Position numbers and translations under genes: made by a program. This document shows positions 49,001 to 59,306 of a stretch of 64,000 bases of DNA, piece by piece. Below the pieces are notes generated by a model. It saw nothing but the letters and a program-made list of their open reading frames with translations, was not told where the DNA came from and made no database searches. The DNA comes from a virus: the IMG/VR virus record IMGVR_UViG_3300017783_000010, positions 5,724-69,723 of that record; one strand, written 5' to 3'. Position 1 is the first letter of the stretch. Each line of letters starts with the position of its first letter.

Positions 49001-50333
49001 AGACCTAGCTGATTTAGAGATACAAAGGATACAAGATAATATTGCTGAGGAACAAAGATTAGGTAATGAGGCGAATATAAAAGCTTTAAATAATGAGTTA
49101 GCTATTGCTAAGGAGTTATTACAAGTTGAGCAAATTAAATTAGATATAATAGAAGAGCAGCAGATAATAAGAAACCAAATTGGAGGCATACAAAACTCTT
49201 TACTTATCGGAGAGATAGGCAGAAATAAGAAACTCCTTGAACGCATTGATTTAATAAAACAAGAGGGAGGAAGTTTAACTAGTCAAGAAACACAAATAAA
49301 TAAATTAAGAGAAGAGTTCGCATTCAAGGCGAAGCGTAGAGCTTTAAGAGATGATATAGATATCCTTGACCAAAAGTTAAAGAATAGCCAACTAGAAGTT
49401 ACTGAAGAGCTTACACTACAAAAGGAACTATCTGAAAAGGAACTAGAACTTCAAGAACTAGTTTTTGAGCGTAGAAGAGAAAGAGAGCAAGAACTGAATG
49501 AAGAAAGATTGGAAATATTTAACTCGTTTAGTGAAAGTTTAGAGACAGCCTTCACTAACTTAGATACAGTATTTCAATCCCTTTCTGAGAACAGACTAAA
49601 AAGGATTCAAAGAGAGGCAGACTTGCAAATTTTACTTGCAGGAAATAATAATGAGAAAATAGAAAAGATAGAGGCCGCAAGAGAGAAAAAACTTAGAGAC
49701 GAAAGAAAGAAAACATTTGAACAAACTAAAAAGCTGCAAATAGCAGCTCTAGCTATACAAACAGCAACAGGTATAGTCAATATCTTATCAGCACCAACGA
49801 CTATCCCTATCCCTTTTGATACTATCCTTAGAGGAGCACAAATTGCAGCATTAGTAGCTCAAAGTGCAGCCTCAGCAGCGTCAATCGGTAGCCAAACATT
49901 CGCAGAAGGGGGTTATACAGGCAGCAGCACTAATAAGAAAGATAAAACAGGCAGAAGACCTGCAGGCATTGTACATAATGATGAATGGGTCGCAAATACG
50001 GAAGTTCTTAGACATCCTGAAGGCGCACAACTAATAGCCAAAGCGGAGATGCTAAGACGTAGAATAAAAGGAGGATCAACCTTCACAAAAAATAAAGGAT
50101 ACTTCGCAGAAGGTGGATTTACAGGAGCAAGCTTTGTGCCTACATTGCCCGCAGTTGCAAGTAATAGCGCACCAAGTGTATCAGGCTTTACAGACGAGCA
50201 AATTGAGGTGCTTGCAGAAACACTATCTGTAGCAGTTGCTCAAGGATCAAGACAAGGGCTAGTAGAAGGAAGACAAGATGAAAACAGACTCTCTGAAAGA
50301 TTAAATTCATTAAACAATACAATTAATAGATAA
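46014..50333 (+). CDS. Tail tape measure protein
   Basis: 1439 aa helical; LGATTQFTASDVA...LAKLGF TP901-type core, hydrophobic middle, FAEGGYTG. Confidence 0.92.
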   Translation: MASEIKLRINIETNQRFGVLAKNFDNLSKSLRLIGKTTGTTAQKFKDIEAALNRYVLSSKSTISSAGALQAANTLLNRSLDKQKVEALKSSDAFTELSASLRDSKQQLNENIKSQQLQLNLNRKVEGSIDKLKLKVRLLKEEYNSLTEAERTGIRGNTIINNIRDIGKTLEIERKKISKATKEVRTDTNNILDSFNRLGLGSLTLIGGLELLRRGILRVGETLGEFQRNISILGAVTGEFSNGLPTQKLIDLENKIKELGATTQFTASDVAALATELAKLGFNTEQIDATLGNVLNLALIAGESTSRAAEVLGSTINAFGLQFSEATRVVDLLAKAFSSSALDLTKFDIAVGTVGAVAKQTGIEIEEVAAVMGVLSNAGFDASIAATAFRNILIRSAEAGKDYKEALSEVSDATNTTLKAFELFGVRGAPQATVIADAFDSGEIQRLAGEFRKAQDDAFSTQAVGFIQQDFQSAINEFKSALEGLTITIGEVLSPVMTDLLSLTTSVLQGFRGFFEAMGEGLGVIESTSEEVEEFNGALEISTVLIGIFSTSLLFASGRAILSFIGGLGSMLIGLFSVTGGLTAASGALAIFRTALISTGIGALVVAVGFLIAALIEAVIAIRNGSKNVDIFAKALKRVGAFLVGLKLGFEAVFRFIQAGFLALTGQVEKAGQVLENFNDKVEKTRNRLEGLSQDVEVKITFDDALLLSKLAESQINEQIDEIQSKIKDLKLKVVLDPTDVSSADQLEKLDKEQATLRNELARRDAERAKIAAKEAFDRSLAGLKEQQKDLKKQLEEADPTTTLFETTLRRLGRVERDIKKINDRIARANKTALERFTLVLRDNKKALDNLIFSGRNYDSVLARVTEQQRRYNQFQADSKVITLEAALANFTNSTATVKYSKDLELVNAKLAQSIQDGDKYNDLLIQQAQLTEDLNRIRNEEGRALEEQTPDGRADKEAQIIRKLAALEREQFRITTRTIESERDRIARNRQQEIVDLADLEIQRIQDNIAEEQRLGNEANIKALNNELAIAKELLQVEQIKLDIIEEQQIIRNQIGGIQNSLLIGEIGRNKKLLERIDLIKQEGGSLTSQETQINKLREEFAFKAKRRALRDDIDILDQKLKNSQLEVTEELTLQKELSEKELELQELVFERRREREQELNEERLEIFNSFSESLETAFTNLDTVFQSLSENRLKRIQREADLQILLAGNNNEKIEKIEAAREKKLRDERKKTFEQTKKLQIAALAIQTATGIVNILSAPTTIPIPFDTILRGAQIAALVAQSAASAASIGSQTFAEGGYTGSSTNKKDKTGRRPAGIVHNDEWVANTEVLRHPEGAQLIAKAEMLRRRIKGGSTFTKNKGYFAEGGFTGASFVPTLPAVASNSAPSVSGFTDEQIEVLAETLSVAVAQGSRQGLVEGRQDENRLSERLNSLNNTINR

Positions 50334-51598
50334 TGCTCGCACAAATAAATAGTACACCAAATTATATATCAACTATTGACGAATTTGTTTTTGAAGTTGA
50401 ACTTACAGGTAGCCCTACATCTGGGATTACTGAACGCTTATTCTACCAACTAACAGATGCAGGCGGAAACGCTTTAACGCAACGCTACGCTATAGACCAT
50501 ATAAACGGTACTTTAACGTTGCGTTTAGGAACGCTAGTTTTATCCTTTATTGAAACGCTATTTCCAGTGCATACCAACGCTATATTAGATAGCGTTTCAG
50601 AAGGCTACGGCAAAGATGTGCGACTAATTGTGGGCAGACAAATAATTGATGAGGCGACTTGTAGTATTACTTACACAAGTGATAACTCTAGTGATACTAT
50701 GTATGTAGTAAATTCATATAACTCAATAAATACTTTTGAGGATGTGTTTAGCACCTCTACAAGTATAACAAGTGCTAAGTCAGTTATATTAACAAGCAGA
50801 CCCCATACCACAACGGTAAATGTTAATACCCCAGATTTTATTCAAGTTTATAATCCTATTGATGGTACTGCCAACACTTTAAATTATGAAGTAAAGTATT
50901 ATAACTCTGAGTGCGAATTAATGCAAATATTTAGTGGTACAGTTAATAAAAATAGCACTCGTATTACAAATTTATTTTATTATACTGGCAGCAGTAATAC
51001 TTTATTTTTATTGCCTGCATATAATCCATCTAATCCGACTCAAGAATATAATGGTATTGATACTGTTAATCTTGAAAATCAAGATATAGCAAAAATAGAA
51101 ATTATATTTACTGGTAAAGTATCTAAAAGTTATACAGTAAAGATATTAGGTTGTGATATGAAAGAGGTAGCGTATAAATCTGCAATTTACAGTTTAGATA
51201 GGTTAGGTGGATATAACTCATTACCCTTCGATATTTTATATAGCTTATCAAGAAAGACAGGAACTATCCGCAGCTTTGTCGATATATCAGATAAAGGGTA
51301 TGGGAAATTAAGAACAGGCTTCTCGTCCTCGAATAATCAGTCATTCAGGTCTTTCAATGGTGTACATAAAATGCGTAGAAACAATTTAGAAATAATTGAT
51401 TTTACGGAACAATTTTTTAATTCAAATAGTTTTTATATTTATGTAGATAATAATATAGCTACCCCAGTAGGTGCAGCTATAAATTATAAGTTTAATAAAG
51501 CTATACTAGAAAATGGAAATATAAAAATCAGCCAAGATGGGGGAGTATTAGAAGTTAAATTTAAAGGTAGAATGGGCAGTAATTTAAAAGCACAATAA
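50333..51598 (+). CDS. Tail protein (distal tail-like)
   Basis: Directly after TMP; LDRLGGYNS motif. Confidence 0.55.
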   Translation: MLAQINSTPNYISTIDEFVFEVELTGSPTSGITERLFYQLTDAGGNALTQRYAIDHINGTLTLRLGTLVLSFIETLFPVHTNAILDSVSEGYGKDVRLIVGRQIIDEATCSITYTSDNSSDTMYVVNSYNSINTFEDVFSTSTSITSAKSVILTSRPHTTTVNVNTPDFIQVYNPIDGTANTLNYEVKYYNSECELMQIFSGTVNKNSTRITNLFYYTGSSNTLFLLPAYNPSNPTQEYNGIDTVNLENQDIAKIEIIFTGKVSKSYTVKILGCDMKEVAYKSAIYSLDRLGGYNSLPFDILYSLSRKTGTIRSFVDISDKGYGKLRTGFSSSNNQSFRSFNGVHKMRRNNLEIIDFTEQFFNSNSFYIYVDNNIATPVGAAINYKFNKAILENGNIKISQDGGVLEVKFKGRMGSNLKAQ

Positions 51599-54500
51599 TG
51601 AAAATATTAATATACGAACATCCAAATAATACTCCAACTAAATTTTTAGATAACGGAGAATTATATTTTGACTTAAAGGAAGACACTCGTATTAGAATAA
51701 GTAAAAAAGTAAAGGATTTATACAAATATGAAGACTTAAAAGGGGAAGGAATTTTAGGATTTTCCCTTCCTAGTAGTGATAAGAACTACTTTATCTTAAA
51801 TAAATATATACACAATACCCTAGATTTTAATTTTGAACCAATCACAATTAGATTATTTGTAGAGGGTGTTTACTTACCTTATACTCAGTTAAGAGTAAAA
51901 TCTTATGACGATAATACTAAAGAATTTTCGGTAGAAATATCTGACCAAGAATTTAATGTTAAAGATAAAGCAAAACAGCTTACATTAAACAATATAAATT
52001 TAGGGAACTCAAGATTTGTAATGGGTAGTGTAGGAGATACAGAAGGGGTGCTACATTATTGGAATAGTCCAGATTATATAGATATAGCAGGATCAAACCC
52101 TGTTCGTTATGGGTTTGGAAATTTCGGTAGATACTTAGATTACTATTCTAACAAGTTATCTGCAAATGATATGCGAATGTTTGTATCATTACACGCACTA
52201 TTAAAGCAAGGGTTTTGTGAGTTAGGTTATTCATTCAGTACCGACTTTTATAATTCTCAATGGTATCGAAAAATTTATCTTTACTGTATGGGTAAAGATT
52301 TTTACAAATACAATTCAGGTAATAAAATATTTTTCAAGTTTAGAAAAGATAGTAATTCTTACCTTGACAATATATCTGAAAATAATACTCAAGATGATTG
52401 GACTAGCATCCAAGATTCTAATAATATGGCTTTAGCCGTTCAAACGTTTGTGAATATAAGTAATGAGTCAGGTGTGACGTGTGATCTTGGATTAACTATA
52501 CAATTAATTTTTAGAGCTTCTGAGGTAGTAAATGGGAATGGCTCTACTAGAGGTACATTATTATCTGCTATGAATAGTTCCGACGGGGGGTATGTGGTCT
52601 TAACCGTTGAGCATTTTAGAGCATTACCAAATCCTGACTCTATACGTTATTATTGCAAGTCATACGAGTTACCTGACAACCTTACTGATTTAAACCAGTT
52701 TGAAATAAATGATAATATTCAATTTGATATTATAGATTGGAGACCTGAGGATACCTTAAGAGTGAGCCTAATTGGCAGTAATGATTACTTCGATAGTTTA
52801 TTAGATGGTACAGATATTAACCCAGACACCCAAACGGCTATAAATAACGCATATTTAGGTAATCTAATATTTGGTGAAGGTACAATTATAAATACATTCG
52901 CAAATGGCAGGCATTTATACCTTGGAGATGAGCATATAATAAAGAACTTTTTATCAAGTGAATATACATTCGATGAATTATTGAGAGGATTAAGTCATAT
53001 GGGATTTCGCTTTGATTTCAATATTTTAGATAGAAAAGTCGAAATGTTTGCAGAGCAGAACACTAGTATACACTCTGAGGGAATTGATGGTTATTTTAAA
53101 CCTACTAGAGATGCCATAAACGTTTCAAATTATATCCAACCAGAATCATTAAAAGTAGAATTTAAAAGTCAAGATTTAAGTAGATATAAACAATTTCAAT
53201 TCAAAAGCCCAAGTGATGCATATACAGACAGTTTAGATTTAAGTTTGCCATTATATTCTCGTATTTTTGATTTTGGTAAATATGGATTTGATAATAGCGA
53301 AACCGATGAGTCTGAGAACCCATTTTTTGAAGCAACTTCAAATTGTAAATTGCAACTTTTATCTTTCACAAGGGATATTAACTTACCTGCAATAACAGAT
53401 AATTTAGATACAGAAGGTAATCCCCATTTTACATATGGTACACTCTCTACCGATATACAACCTCGAATTCTAATATTTGATAATCAATCTCATCAATACT
53501 CTCGTTTTTATAATGAATCTGAGGACTTAGTTGTATATACAAAACAAAATTTACCCTTTGAGTATCCAGACCCCCTAAACACAAGCACAAAAATTCAAGT
53601 AACCAAAACACCAAATTTCTCTCAATGCTTTGACTTTTATACTAGTATTGAGAATACTGGTTTCAGTGACCATACATCATTTACCTTCAACTTACCCAAT
53701 ACAGGTCAAGTTACTCTAAATGATGTAACCCTAAATGCTGTCAGTTTAAGTAGTGTTGTAGGGTTCAACTTTCCTTATAATATTCCGCAAGATGCCTCAA
53801 ATTTTGTGAATGATTTACAGACGTATATTGATAGTGACCCTACTTTGTCTGGAACTGTGTCGTATGATGCAACTACAATGAAATTCAGGATTAGTAACGC
53901 TTCAGATATAGGAAATAATTATACGACCTATAATTATGCCTATGAAGACGTAGATGGCATTGTGGTGTCGGGAGTGGGGATTTTTTCGAGTAGTGTATCA
54001 GAAGTTGTTAGAATATCGGATTATTCGGTAGTATTTGGTTATAAATATTATGATTTGTTTAACACAATGCTTAAATTTCCAATTGCTGATATACTTAAAT
54101 CTAATCTACATAAATATTTATTAAATATAGATGCTAATTTATATAGGCAATTAGACTTCAGAACTCCTCTGCTCATAGAGTATGGAAGTATTGTATATGC
54201 TGCAAAATTGTTAGAAATAAATGACTACTTGTTTACGGACATCATATCTACACCAATTACAGTTTGTCCAATTCCTGAGAAGTTATTGGGATGTTTTCAA
54301 ACTTGTACGTACTCAATAAATCTAAAAAACAAAAATATTTTTGATATTATATTGCAAGATAATACGAGCCTAAAAGATGCTTATTCACATATATTCGGTT
54401 TTCCATATATTTTAGATGGTACACTACCAGAACAACAAGAAGAAGAGTTGAGACTGGAATCTGATATACAACAGTTTTTAGAATTGTATTTCCCTGTAGG

Positions 54501-54633
54501 TAGTGCCTTTGTTAACTATCCTACATTGGAGATTGTAGCTACTGCTGCCCCATTTTACAGTATATCTTCTAGCCCTCAACCAGAAGGAAGTATCTTTCAA
54601 ATTGATTTATTCACCCAAAGTAATTGCGAGTAA
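51598..54633 (+). CDS. Large tail tip / baseplate hub-like protein
   Basis: 1011 aa, second gene after TMP. Confidence 0.55.
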   Translation: MKILIYEHPNNTPTKFLDNGELYFDLKEDTRIRISKKVKDLYKYEDLKGEGILGFSLPSSDKNYFILNKYIHNTLDFNFEPITIRLFVEGVYLPYTQLRVKSYDDNTKEFSVEISDQEFNVKDKAKQLTLNNINLGNSRFVMGSVGDTEGVLHYWNSPDYIDIAGSNPVRYGFGNFGRYLDYYSNKLSANDMRMFVSLHALLKQGFCELGYSFSTDFYNSQWYRKIYLYCMGKDFYKYNSGNKIFFKFRKDSNSYLDNISENNTQDDWTSIQDSNNMALAVQTFVNISNESGVTCDLGLTIQLIFRASEVVNGNGSTRGTLLSAMNSSDGGYVVLTVEHFRALPNPDSIRYYCKSYELPDNLTDLNQFEINDNIQFDIIDWRPEDTLRVSLIGSNDYFDSLLDGTDINPDTQTAINNAYLGNLIFGEGTIINTFANGRHLYLGDEHIIKNFLSSEYTFDELLRGLSHMGFRFDFNILDRKVEMFAEQNTSIHSEGIDGYFKPTRDAINVSNYIQPESLKVEFKSQDLSRYKQFQFKSPSDAYTDSLDLSLPLYSRIFDFGKYGFDNSETDESENPFFEATSNCKLQLLSFTRDINLPAITDNLDTEGNPHFTYGTLSTDIQPRILIFDNQSHQYSRFYNESEDLVVYTKQNLPFEYPDPLNTSTKIQVTKTPNFSQCFDFYTSIENTGFSDHTSFTFNLPNTGQVTLNDVTLNAVSLSSVVGFNFPYNIPQDASNFVNDLQTYIDSDPTLSGTVSYDATTMKFRISNASDIGNNYTTYNYAYEDVDGIVVSGVGIFSSSVSEVVRISDYSVVFGYKYYDLFNTMLKFPIADILKSNLHKYLLNIDANLYRQLDFRTPLLIEYGSIVYAAKLLEINDYLFTDIISTPITVCPIPEKLLGCFQTCTYSINLKNKNIFDIILQDNTSLKDAYSHIFGFPYILDGTLPEQQEEELRLESDIQQFLELYFPVGSAFVNYPTLEIVATAAPFYSISSSPQPEGSIFQIDLFTQSNCE

Positions 54634-54822
54634 ATGAAATATAATTTGTTAAAGTCGCTATCAGATGAAACTAAACATGAGCTTTTATTGTTATACGAAA
54701 ATAATGACCTAAAAGAATTTCGATTGAGACTCTTCAAAATTGGGTTCTATGGATGCACGTGTGCGGGAAAGAAAGAACTTGAACGAGAGTATAACTATAT
54801 AAAATCACTTGTAGATGCCTAA
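54634..54822 (+). CDS. Hypothetical protein
   Basis: 62-aa ORF. Confidence 0.45.
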   Translation: MKYNLLKSLSDETKHELLLLYENNDLKEFRLRLFKIGFYGCTCAGKKELEREYNYIKSLVDA

Positions 54823-55795
54823 AAAATTAACAAAGGAAGAATGGATTGAGGCTTGTAGAGAAAAAAGGCCAGACTTTGAGGATTATGACTTTTCGCTAGT
54901 CGAGTACGTAAATAACAAGACTAAGGTTTTGATAATGCATAAGGATTTCCCTGAGTATCCATGGGAAGTAAGACCTAAGGATTTTAAAGATAATGGAGAC
55001 TCACACCCTATGATAAGTGGGAATTATAGATATAATACTGAAGAATGGATTCAGGCTTGTAGAGTAAAAAGGCCAGACTTTTATGATTATGACTTTTCGC
55101 TAGTCGAGTATGTCAATGCTCACACAAAAGTTTTAATAATACATAAGGATTTCCCAGAACATCCTTGGAAGGTTTTGCCTAGTGATTTTAAAGATAAGGG
55201 AATATCACATCCTAGGATAACTGGGAAGTATAGATGGACAACGGAAGAATGGATTGAAGCTTGTAAAGCCAAAAGGGAAGATTTTGATGATTATATATTT
55301 GATTATGTTGAATACGTAGATACTAAAACAAAAGTATTAATAAAACATAAGGATTTCCCAGAACATCCTTGGAAGGTTTTGCCTAGTGATTTTAAAGATA
55401 AGGGAATATCACATCCTTTGCTGCATAAGAGAGGTTACAAAAGAACAGACTTTAAAAATGCTTGTCTAAAAAACAATAAAGGTAAAGGATTTTTATACCT
55501 AATATATTTTGTATGTGAAAAATCTGGAGAAGAGTTCACTAAAATCGGAATCACAAGCAGGAGTGTAAAAGAAAGATTTTGTCGTAAACAATATAATCAT
55601 TTAAAAATTAAAAAAACTGTTTTGTTAGAGCAAGAGCCTAATTTGATATACGACCTAGAAAATGAAATTCTAAGAGAATATAGACACTATAAATTCAATC
55701 CTACCATACGCTTTGCGGGGCAAACCGAATGTTTCAGCTATGAAGCATGGCCTATCATTTTAAAAGAAAAATTAGCACAATACTTAATAACTTAA
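54815..55795 (+). CDS. Homing endonuclease-like protein: three N-terminal repeats plus GIY-YIG-like C-terminus
   Basis: 3x TEEWI.AC...YDFSLVEYVN..TKVLI.H; FLYLI...KIGIT...RF...E...GQTECF. Confidence 0.75.
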   Translation: MPKKLTKEEWIEACREKRPDFEDYDFSLVEYVNNKTKVLIMHKDFPEYPWEVRPKDFKDNGDSHPMISGNYRYNTEEWIQACRVKRPDFYDYDFSLVEYVNAHTKVLIIHKDFPEHPWKVLPSDFKDKGISHPRITGKYRWTTEEWIEACKAKREDFDDYIFDYVEYVDTKTKVLIKHKDFPEHPWKVLPSDFKDKGISHPLLHKRGYKRTDFKNACLKNNKGKGFLYLIYFVCEKSGEEFTKIGITSRSVKERFCRKQYNHLKIKKTVLLEQEPNLIYDLENEILREYRHYKFNPTIRFAGQTECFSYEAWPIILKEKLAQYLIT

Positions 55796-55804
55796 TCACT
55801 TAAT

Positions 55805-56059
55805 ATGAGTAATAATACAAAATTGCTACTTGAGTTTTACAATCGAGTAGCCGTCAATTCTAAAGTAGAAAATTTAGAAGACATCCCCTTAGAAAGTTTA
55901 GAATTTTTGTCTATGCTAAATACTGCCTCACTAAGTTACCCTTTTGTAATTGAAGGTCTTAGACAAAATAAAACTGCAGCCCAGATTTCACGTAAGACCA
56001 AACTTCCTACCCATAAAATCAGAGTTATTGGTCAAAATATTGGTAAATATAAAAAATAA
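55805..56059 (+). CDS. Small HTH-like protein
   Basis: TAAQISRKTKLPTHKIRVI. Confidence 0.4.
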   Translation: MSNNTKLLLEFYNRVAVNSKVENLEDIPLESLEFLSMLNTASLSYPFVIEGLRQNKTAAQISRKTKLPTHKIRVIGQNIGKYKK

Positions 56060-56126
56060 TGATAAATATAACAATATATACACTTATGTAAGGTTCATAG
56101 GTATATAAATATCTTATATTTGTAGC

Positions 56127-57398
56127 ATGGAAAAAAGAATAGAAAATTTAATCAATAGTTTTTCAGTTCTCGAAATTGATATAGATTTTGGGATTGCTGC
56201 TTTAAACAAGTTCTTCCATGAAATGGAACTTGTGAAAAGCGGAGTCACACTCTCCGAATTAGGGATGAGTCAGCGTAGAGAAGCATCTAAGCCCCAAGAT
56301 TTAGGCAATGGCATACGAAAAGCCCACCTTAATGGGGTCATGCGTCTTGAAGACTCACTATCTACAAATGGCGTAAAATCATTGATATCTGAGTTACAAG
56401 CCCTTGATAAAGACCCAGATGTTAATGCCGTAATTCTTGAGGTTAATTCAGGAGGAGGTGAGGCAATGGCAGGGGCGGTACTGCAATCCGCAATATCTGA
56501 TATGGACACTCCTGTGTACACATACGGGCACTTAATTGGAAGTGCCGCTGTTAGGGCTACTCTTCCATCTATGGGGGGCATATTTCTCAGTAGTGAAAGC
56601 TCAAAAATTGGAAGTATTGGTACAATGATACAGATCAATAAAGAAATGGTCGAGTACCTAAAAGATAATGTAGACAGCATATATTCAGATGAAAGTACCC
56701 ACAAAAATAAAGGTCTGAGAGATTATCTTCAAGGAGATAACGCTAAATTAGTGCAATCACTAAATGCTGAAACTAAGATATTTAAAAATCAAGTTTTAAA
56801 GTATAGAAGCATCCCTCAAGAGTTACAAGATAGCACCCTAAATGGAAATTTATTTTTAGCAAATGAAGCAAAAAAGAGAGGTCTTGTTGATGAGATTTTT
56901 TCTGAGAAAGAATTGATAAATCATATTGTAAACGATCTAAATTTAGATAATAACATTATTCCTAATAAAATTGAAATTGATATGAATATTTCAAATATCG
57001 TAAATTCTATTAACAAAGTGTTTGGGTGGAACTACACAGAGGAGCAATCAGCTGAGCTAGAAAAAGCTTTAGCAACCGTATCTTCTATGGAAGATCTACA
57101 AGCAATGGCCGCATCTGTTAGCGAGTTGCAGTCACAAAATTCTGAACTAACAGAAAAAGTACAAACGCTAACTCAAACGCTAGAAACGCTAACTCAAACG
57201 CTTGAAACGCTAGAAAACGTAAACGCTAAAATTGAAACGCTAGAAAGTAACGTTACAAGTCTTAGCAATTTAACTGCTGAATTAGCTAATGAGCCTGCCA
57301 TCGAAGGTAATTCGGATGCACCAGAGGCATTACAAGAATCAGCTAGTGTTTTTGATGCGCAGGGCAATTTAATTATTTTAAACGACTCTAAATACTAG
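56127..57398 (+). CDS. S49/ClpP-like prohead protease with C-terminal scaffold-like coiled coil
   Basis: VNSGGGE, IGSAA, IGSIG, EAKKRGLVD; directly upstream of MCP. Confidence 0.85.
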   Translation: MEKRIENLINSFSVLEIDIDFGIAALNKFFHEMELVKSGVTLSELGMSQRREASKPQDLGNGIRKAHLNGVMRLEDSLSTNGVKSLISELQALDKDPDVNAVILEVNSGGGEAMAGAVLQSAISDMDTPVYTYGHLIGSAAVRATLPSMGGIFLSSESSKIGSIGTMIQINKEMVEYLKDNVDSIYSDESTHKNKGLRDYLQGDNAKLVQSLNAETKIFKNQVLKYRSIPQELQDSTLNGNLFLANEAKKRGLVDEIFSEKELINHIVNDLNLDNNIIPNKIEIDMNISNIVNSINKVFGWNYTEEQSAELEKALATVSSMEDLQAMAASVSELQSQNSELTEKVQTLTQTLETLTQTLETLENVNAKIETLESNVTSLSNLTAELANEPAIEGNSDAPEALQESASVFDAQGNLIILNDSKY

Positions 57399-57450
57399 TC
57401 CGTAGGATTAGTTATTTTATTTTTATTTAACAAACTAAATTTTTTTTAAA

Positions 57451-58677
57451 ATGGCAACATTGTTTGTGAAACCAAGTTTTAATAACTTGAACCAACAATT
57501 ATCCTTTCCTACGGGCTCGATCAACTACTTTATGCAAGAGCAGATTCAAGACAGTATGGGCTTTTACCAAAGGACTTTCGGTCTCTATTCTTATATGCGC
57601 TTGAATAAAGAGATGAAGTACGTAATCCATTCTCTAAAGGGACAACCACTTATGTGGTCTCCTCACAAGTCTTGTGGATGGGATGAAACAGGATCAATCC
57701 GTATTGGTCGTAAGGAGTTCACTCCTACGAAAGCCAAGATTAATGAATCGTATTGCTATGATGAGCTTTTTGATTCTTCATTTAAGCATTTCTTGACTTG
57801 GAACCCTAATCAGCCAGTCCAAATGGACGAAAATGCGATAGGTCAAGTGAACCGTCTTATTCAAGTCTTATCTGAGAATGCAGTTTTAGGAGCAAGAACT
57901 TCATTAACTGTTGGTTCTTTACACGATATGAATGCACCTGAGTTTGCATATAATGCAGAGACTCCTGTGGATATTCGTTCTTTATTTGCTCGCACATCAG
58001 GCACAGTAAACGGTTGGGTATCATTAGTAGACCAACTAGCTAAGTCTGATCCAACTTTATATGGTCATTTAAACCTAGAAGACCTTATTGCTACAACGGA
58101 TATTTCTGAGAACGGAAAAGATTTTGTTGGTGATGCGACTGCCTTATATGATTCATTACGTGATTCTGCTCCTGCGGATTTACAGCATTTGATGGATGAG
58201 GGTGGAATTGCTGCTACTAGTGATGGTAGTTATGAGCCTTTATTCTTGGTTTCTCCTTCTATTTACCGAGCGATTGCTCGTGAGTTCCGTTTCCAGACTA
58301 TTTCTTTCAATGATATCAATCCTAGATTAACTCGTAGAGAATTTTCTCGTCAGGGTATTGGAGGGTCTAAGCCGATTTACGTATATTATATTGATGATAT
58401 GCCAGTAATTCCTATTTCTGACATCAATATTTTAGATCGTTATTTGACAGGAACAACTCACTTTGCAGCTATTACTTCTTCAAGAAATATTAGTTTAGGT
58501 GCTAGTTTTGCGGATTTACCTAATTTGGATGCTCCGAATATTGGTATGATTATTCAGCGTGAGACTGATGTACGTGAATTAGGTAAGTATTACTTTGCGG
58601 CTCATGCGTTATTTGCGACAACTATTGCAGATACGGACTTCTTTGTTGGGACGCAAAGATATGCAGTACCTCAATAA
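57451..58677 (+). CDS. Major capsid protein
   Basis: 408 aa immediately after the protease; assignment by size and position. Confidence 0.65.
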   Translation: MATLFVKPSFNNLNQQLSFPTGSINYFMQEQIQDSMGFYQRTFGLYSYMRLNKEMKYVIHSLKGQPLMWSPHKSCGWDETGSIRIGRKEFTPTKAKINESYCYDELFDSSFKHFLTWNPNQPVQMDENAIGQVNRLIQVLSENAVLGARTSLTVGSLHDMNAPEFAYNAETPVDIRSLFARTSGTVNGWVSLVDQLAKSDPTLYGHLNLEDLIATTDISENGKDFVGDATALYDSLRDSAPADLQHLMDEGGIAATSDGSYEPLFLVSPSIYRAIAREFRFQTISFNDINPRLTRREFSRQGIGGSKPIYVYYIDDMPVIPISDINILDRYLTGTTHFAAITSSRNISLGASFADLPNLDAPNIGMIIQRETDVRELGKYYFAAHALFATTIADTDFFVGTQRYAVPQ

Positions 58678-58704
58678 TTAATTAACTTATAAAAACTAAA
58701 AATA

Positions 58705-59289
58705 ATGGCTTGTACTGTTTCCGCAACCCTCGGTAATTTAGGTCAGAGTCCTGACTGTAATTTACGTGGCGGCCTAAAAACAATTAAGTGGATTGAAAAT
58801 CAGCACATTGATTGGAGCGTGATGACAACCAATGCGGCAAACGCAAATGTGAATGCTGATGGGGAAGTTATCCAATTTGCATATACTGGTTCTGAGACTG
58901 ATGCTTCTTGGCATACCTTGACTTTTGAGCGTAAACTTGGCTCTTACAACTTTACTTTCACAGAAGACGCGGATGTTTATGAGCAGTTGCTTACGGTTAC
59001 TTTTGAGGGTAAATCAAAGGATGATCGTGAAACCTTTTTGAATGCTTTATCTGTATGTAAGATTGTCGCTGTAGTTTATGATAATAACTGCCAAGCTAGA
59101 CTCATAGGTGTAGATTTTGACGGCACATTTACCGAGCAGATTAAGTCTTTACGTATTGTACGTCACTTAGATGCTTCTGGTGAATTTGGTACTTCAAAGG
59201 CTAGAGATGAGATGGATTTAGGTGGTGAAAGCTTGTATCCTCCTATGTATGTGAATACAACCTCTATTCCTGAAACGTCTTTAGGATAA
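58705..59289 (+). CDS. Probable major tail (tube) protein
   Basis: N-terminal C...C..GGLK.I and YDNN...LIG pattern as in Bacteroidota siphovirus tail proteins. Confidence 0.55.
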   Translation: MACTVSATLGNLGQSPDCNLRGGLKTIKWIENQHIDWSVMTTNAANANVNADGEVIQFAYTGSETDASWHTLTFERKLGSYNFTFTEDADVYEQLLTVTFEGKSKDDRETFLNALSVCKIVAVVYDNNCQARLIGVDFDGTFTEQIKSLRIVRHLDASGEFGTSKARDEMDLGGESLYPPMYVNTTSIPETSLG

Positions 59290-59306
59290 TAAATAATTGC
59301 CCGCAA

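Noticed and set aside
46364-49246. Several minus-strand ORFs inside the tape measure gene (likewise within S8, PolA, S49 and others)
   Set aside because: Antisense shadows of long, motif-supported plus-strand genes
55141-55416. Near-identical internal DNA repeats as DGR template/variable regions
   Set aside because: They are in-frame domain repeats of one endonuclease-like protein; no reverse transcriptase and no adenine-specific divergence
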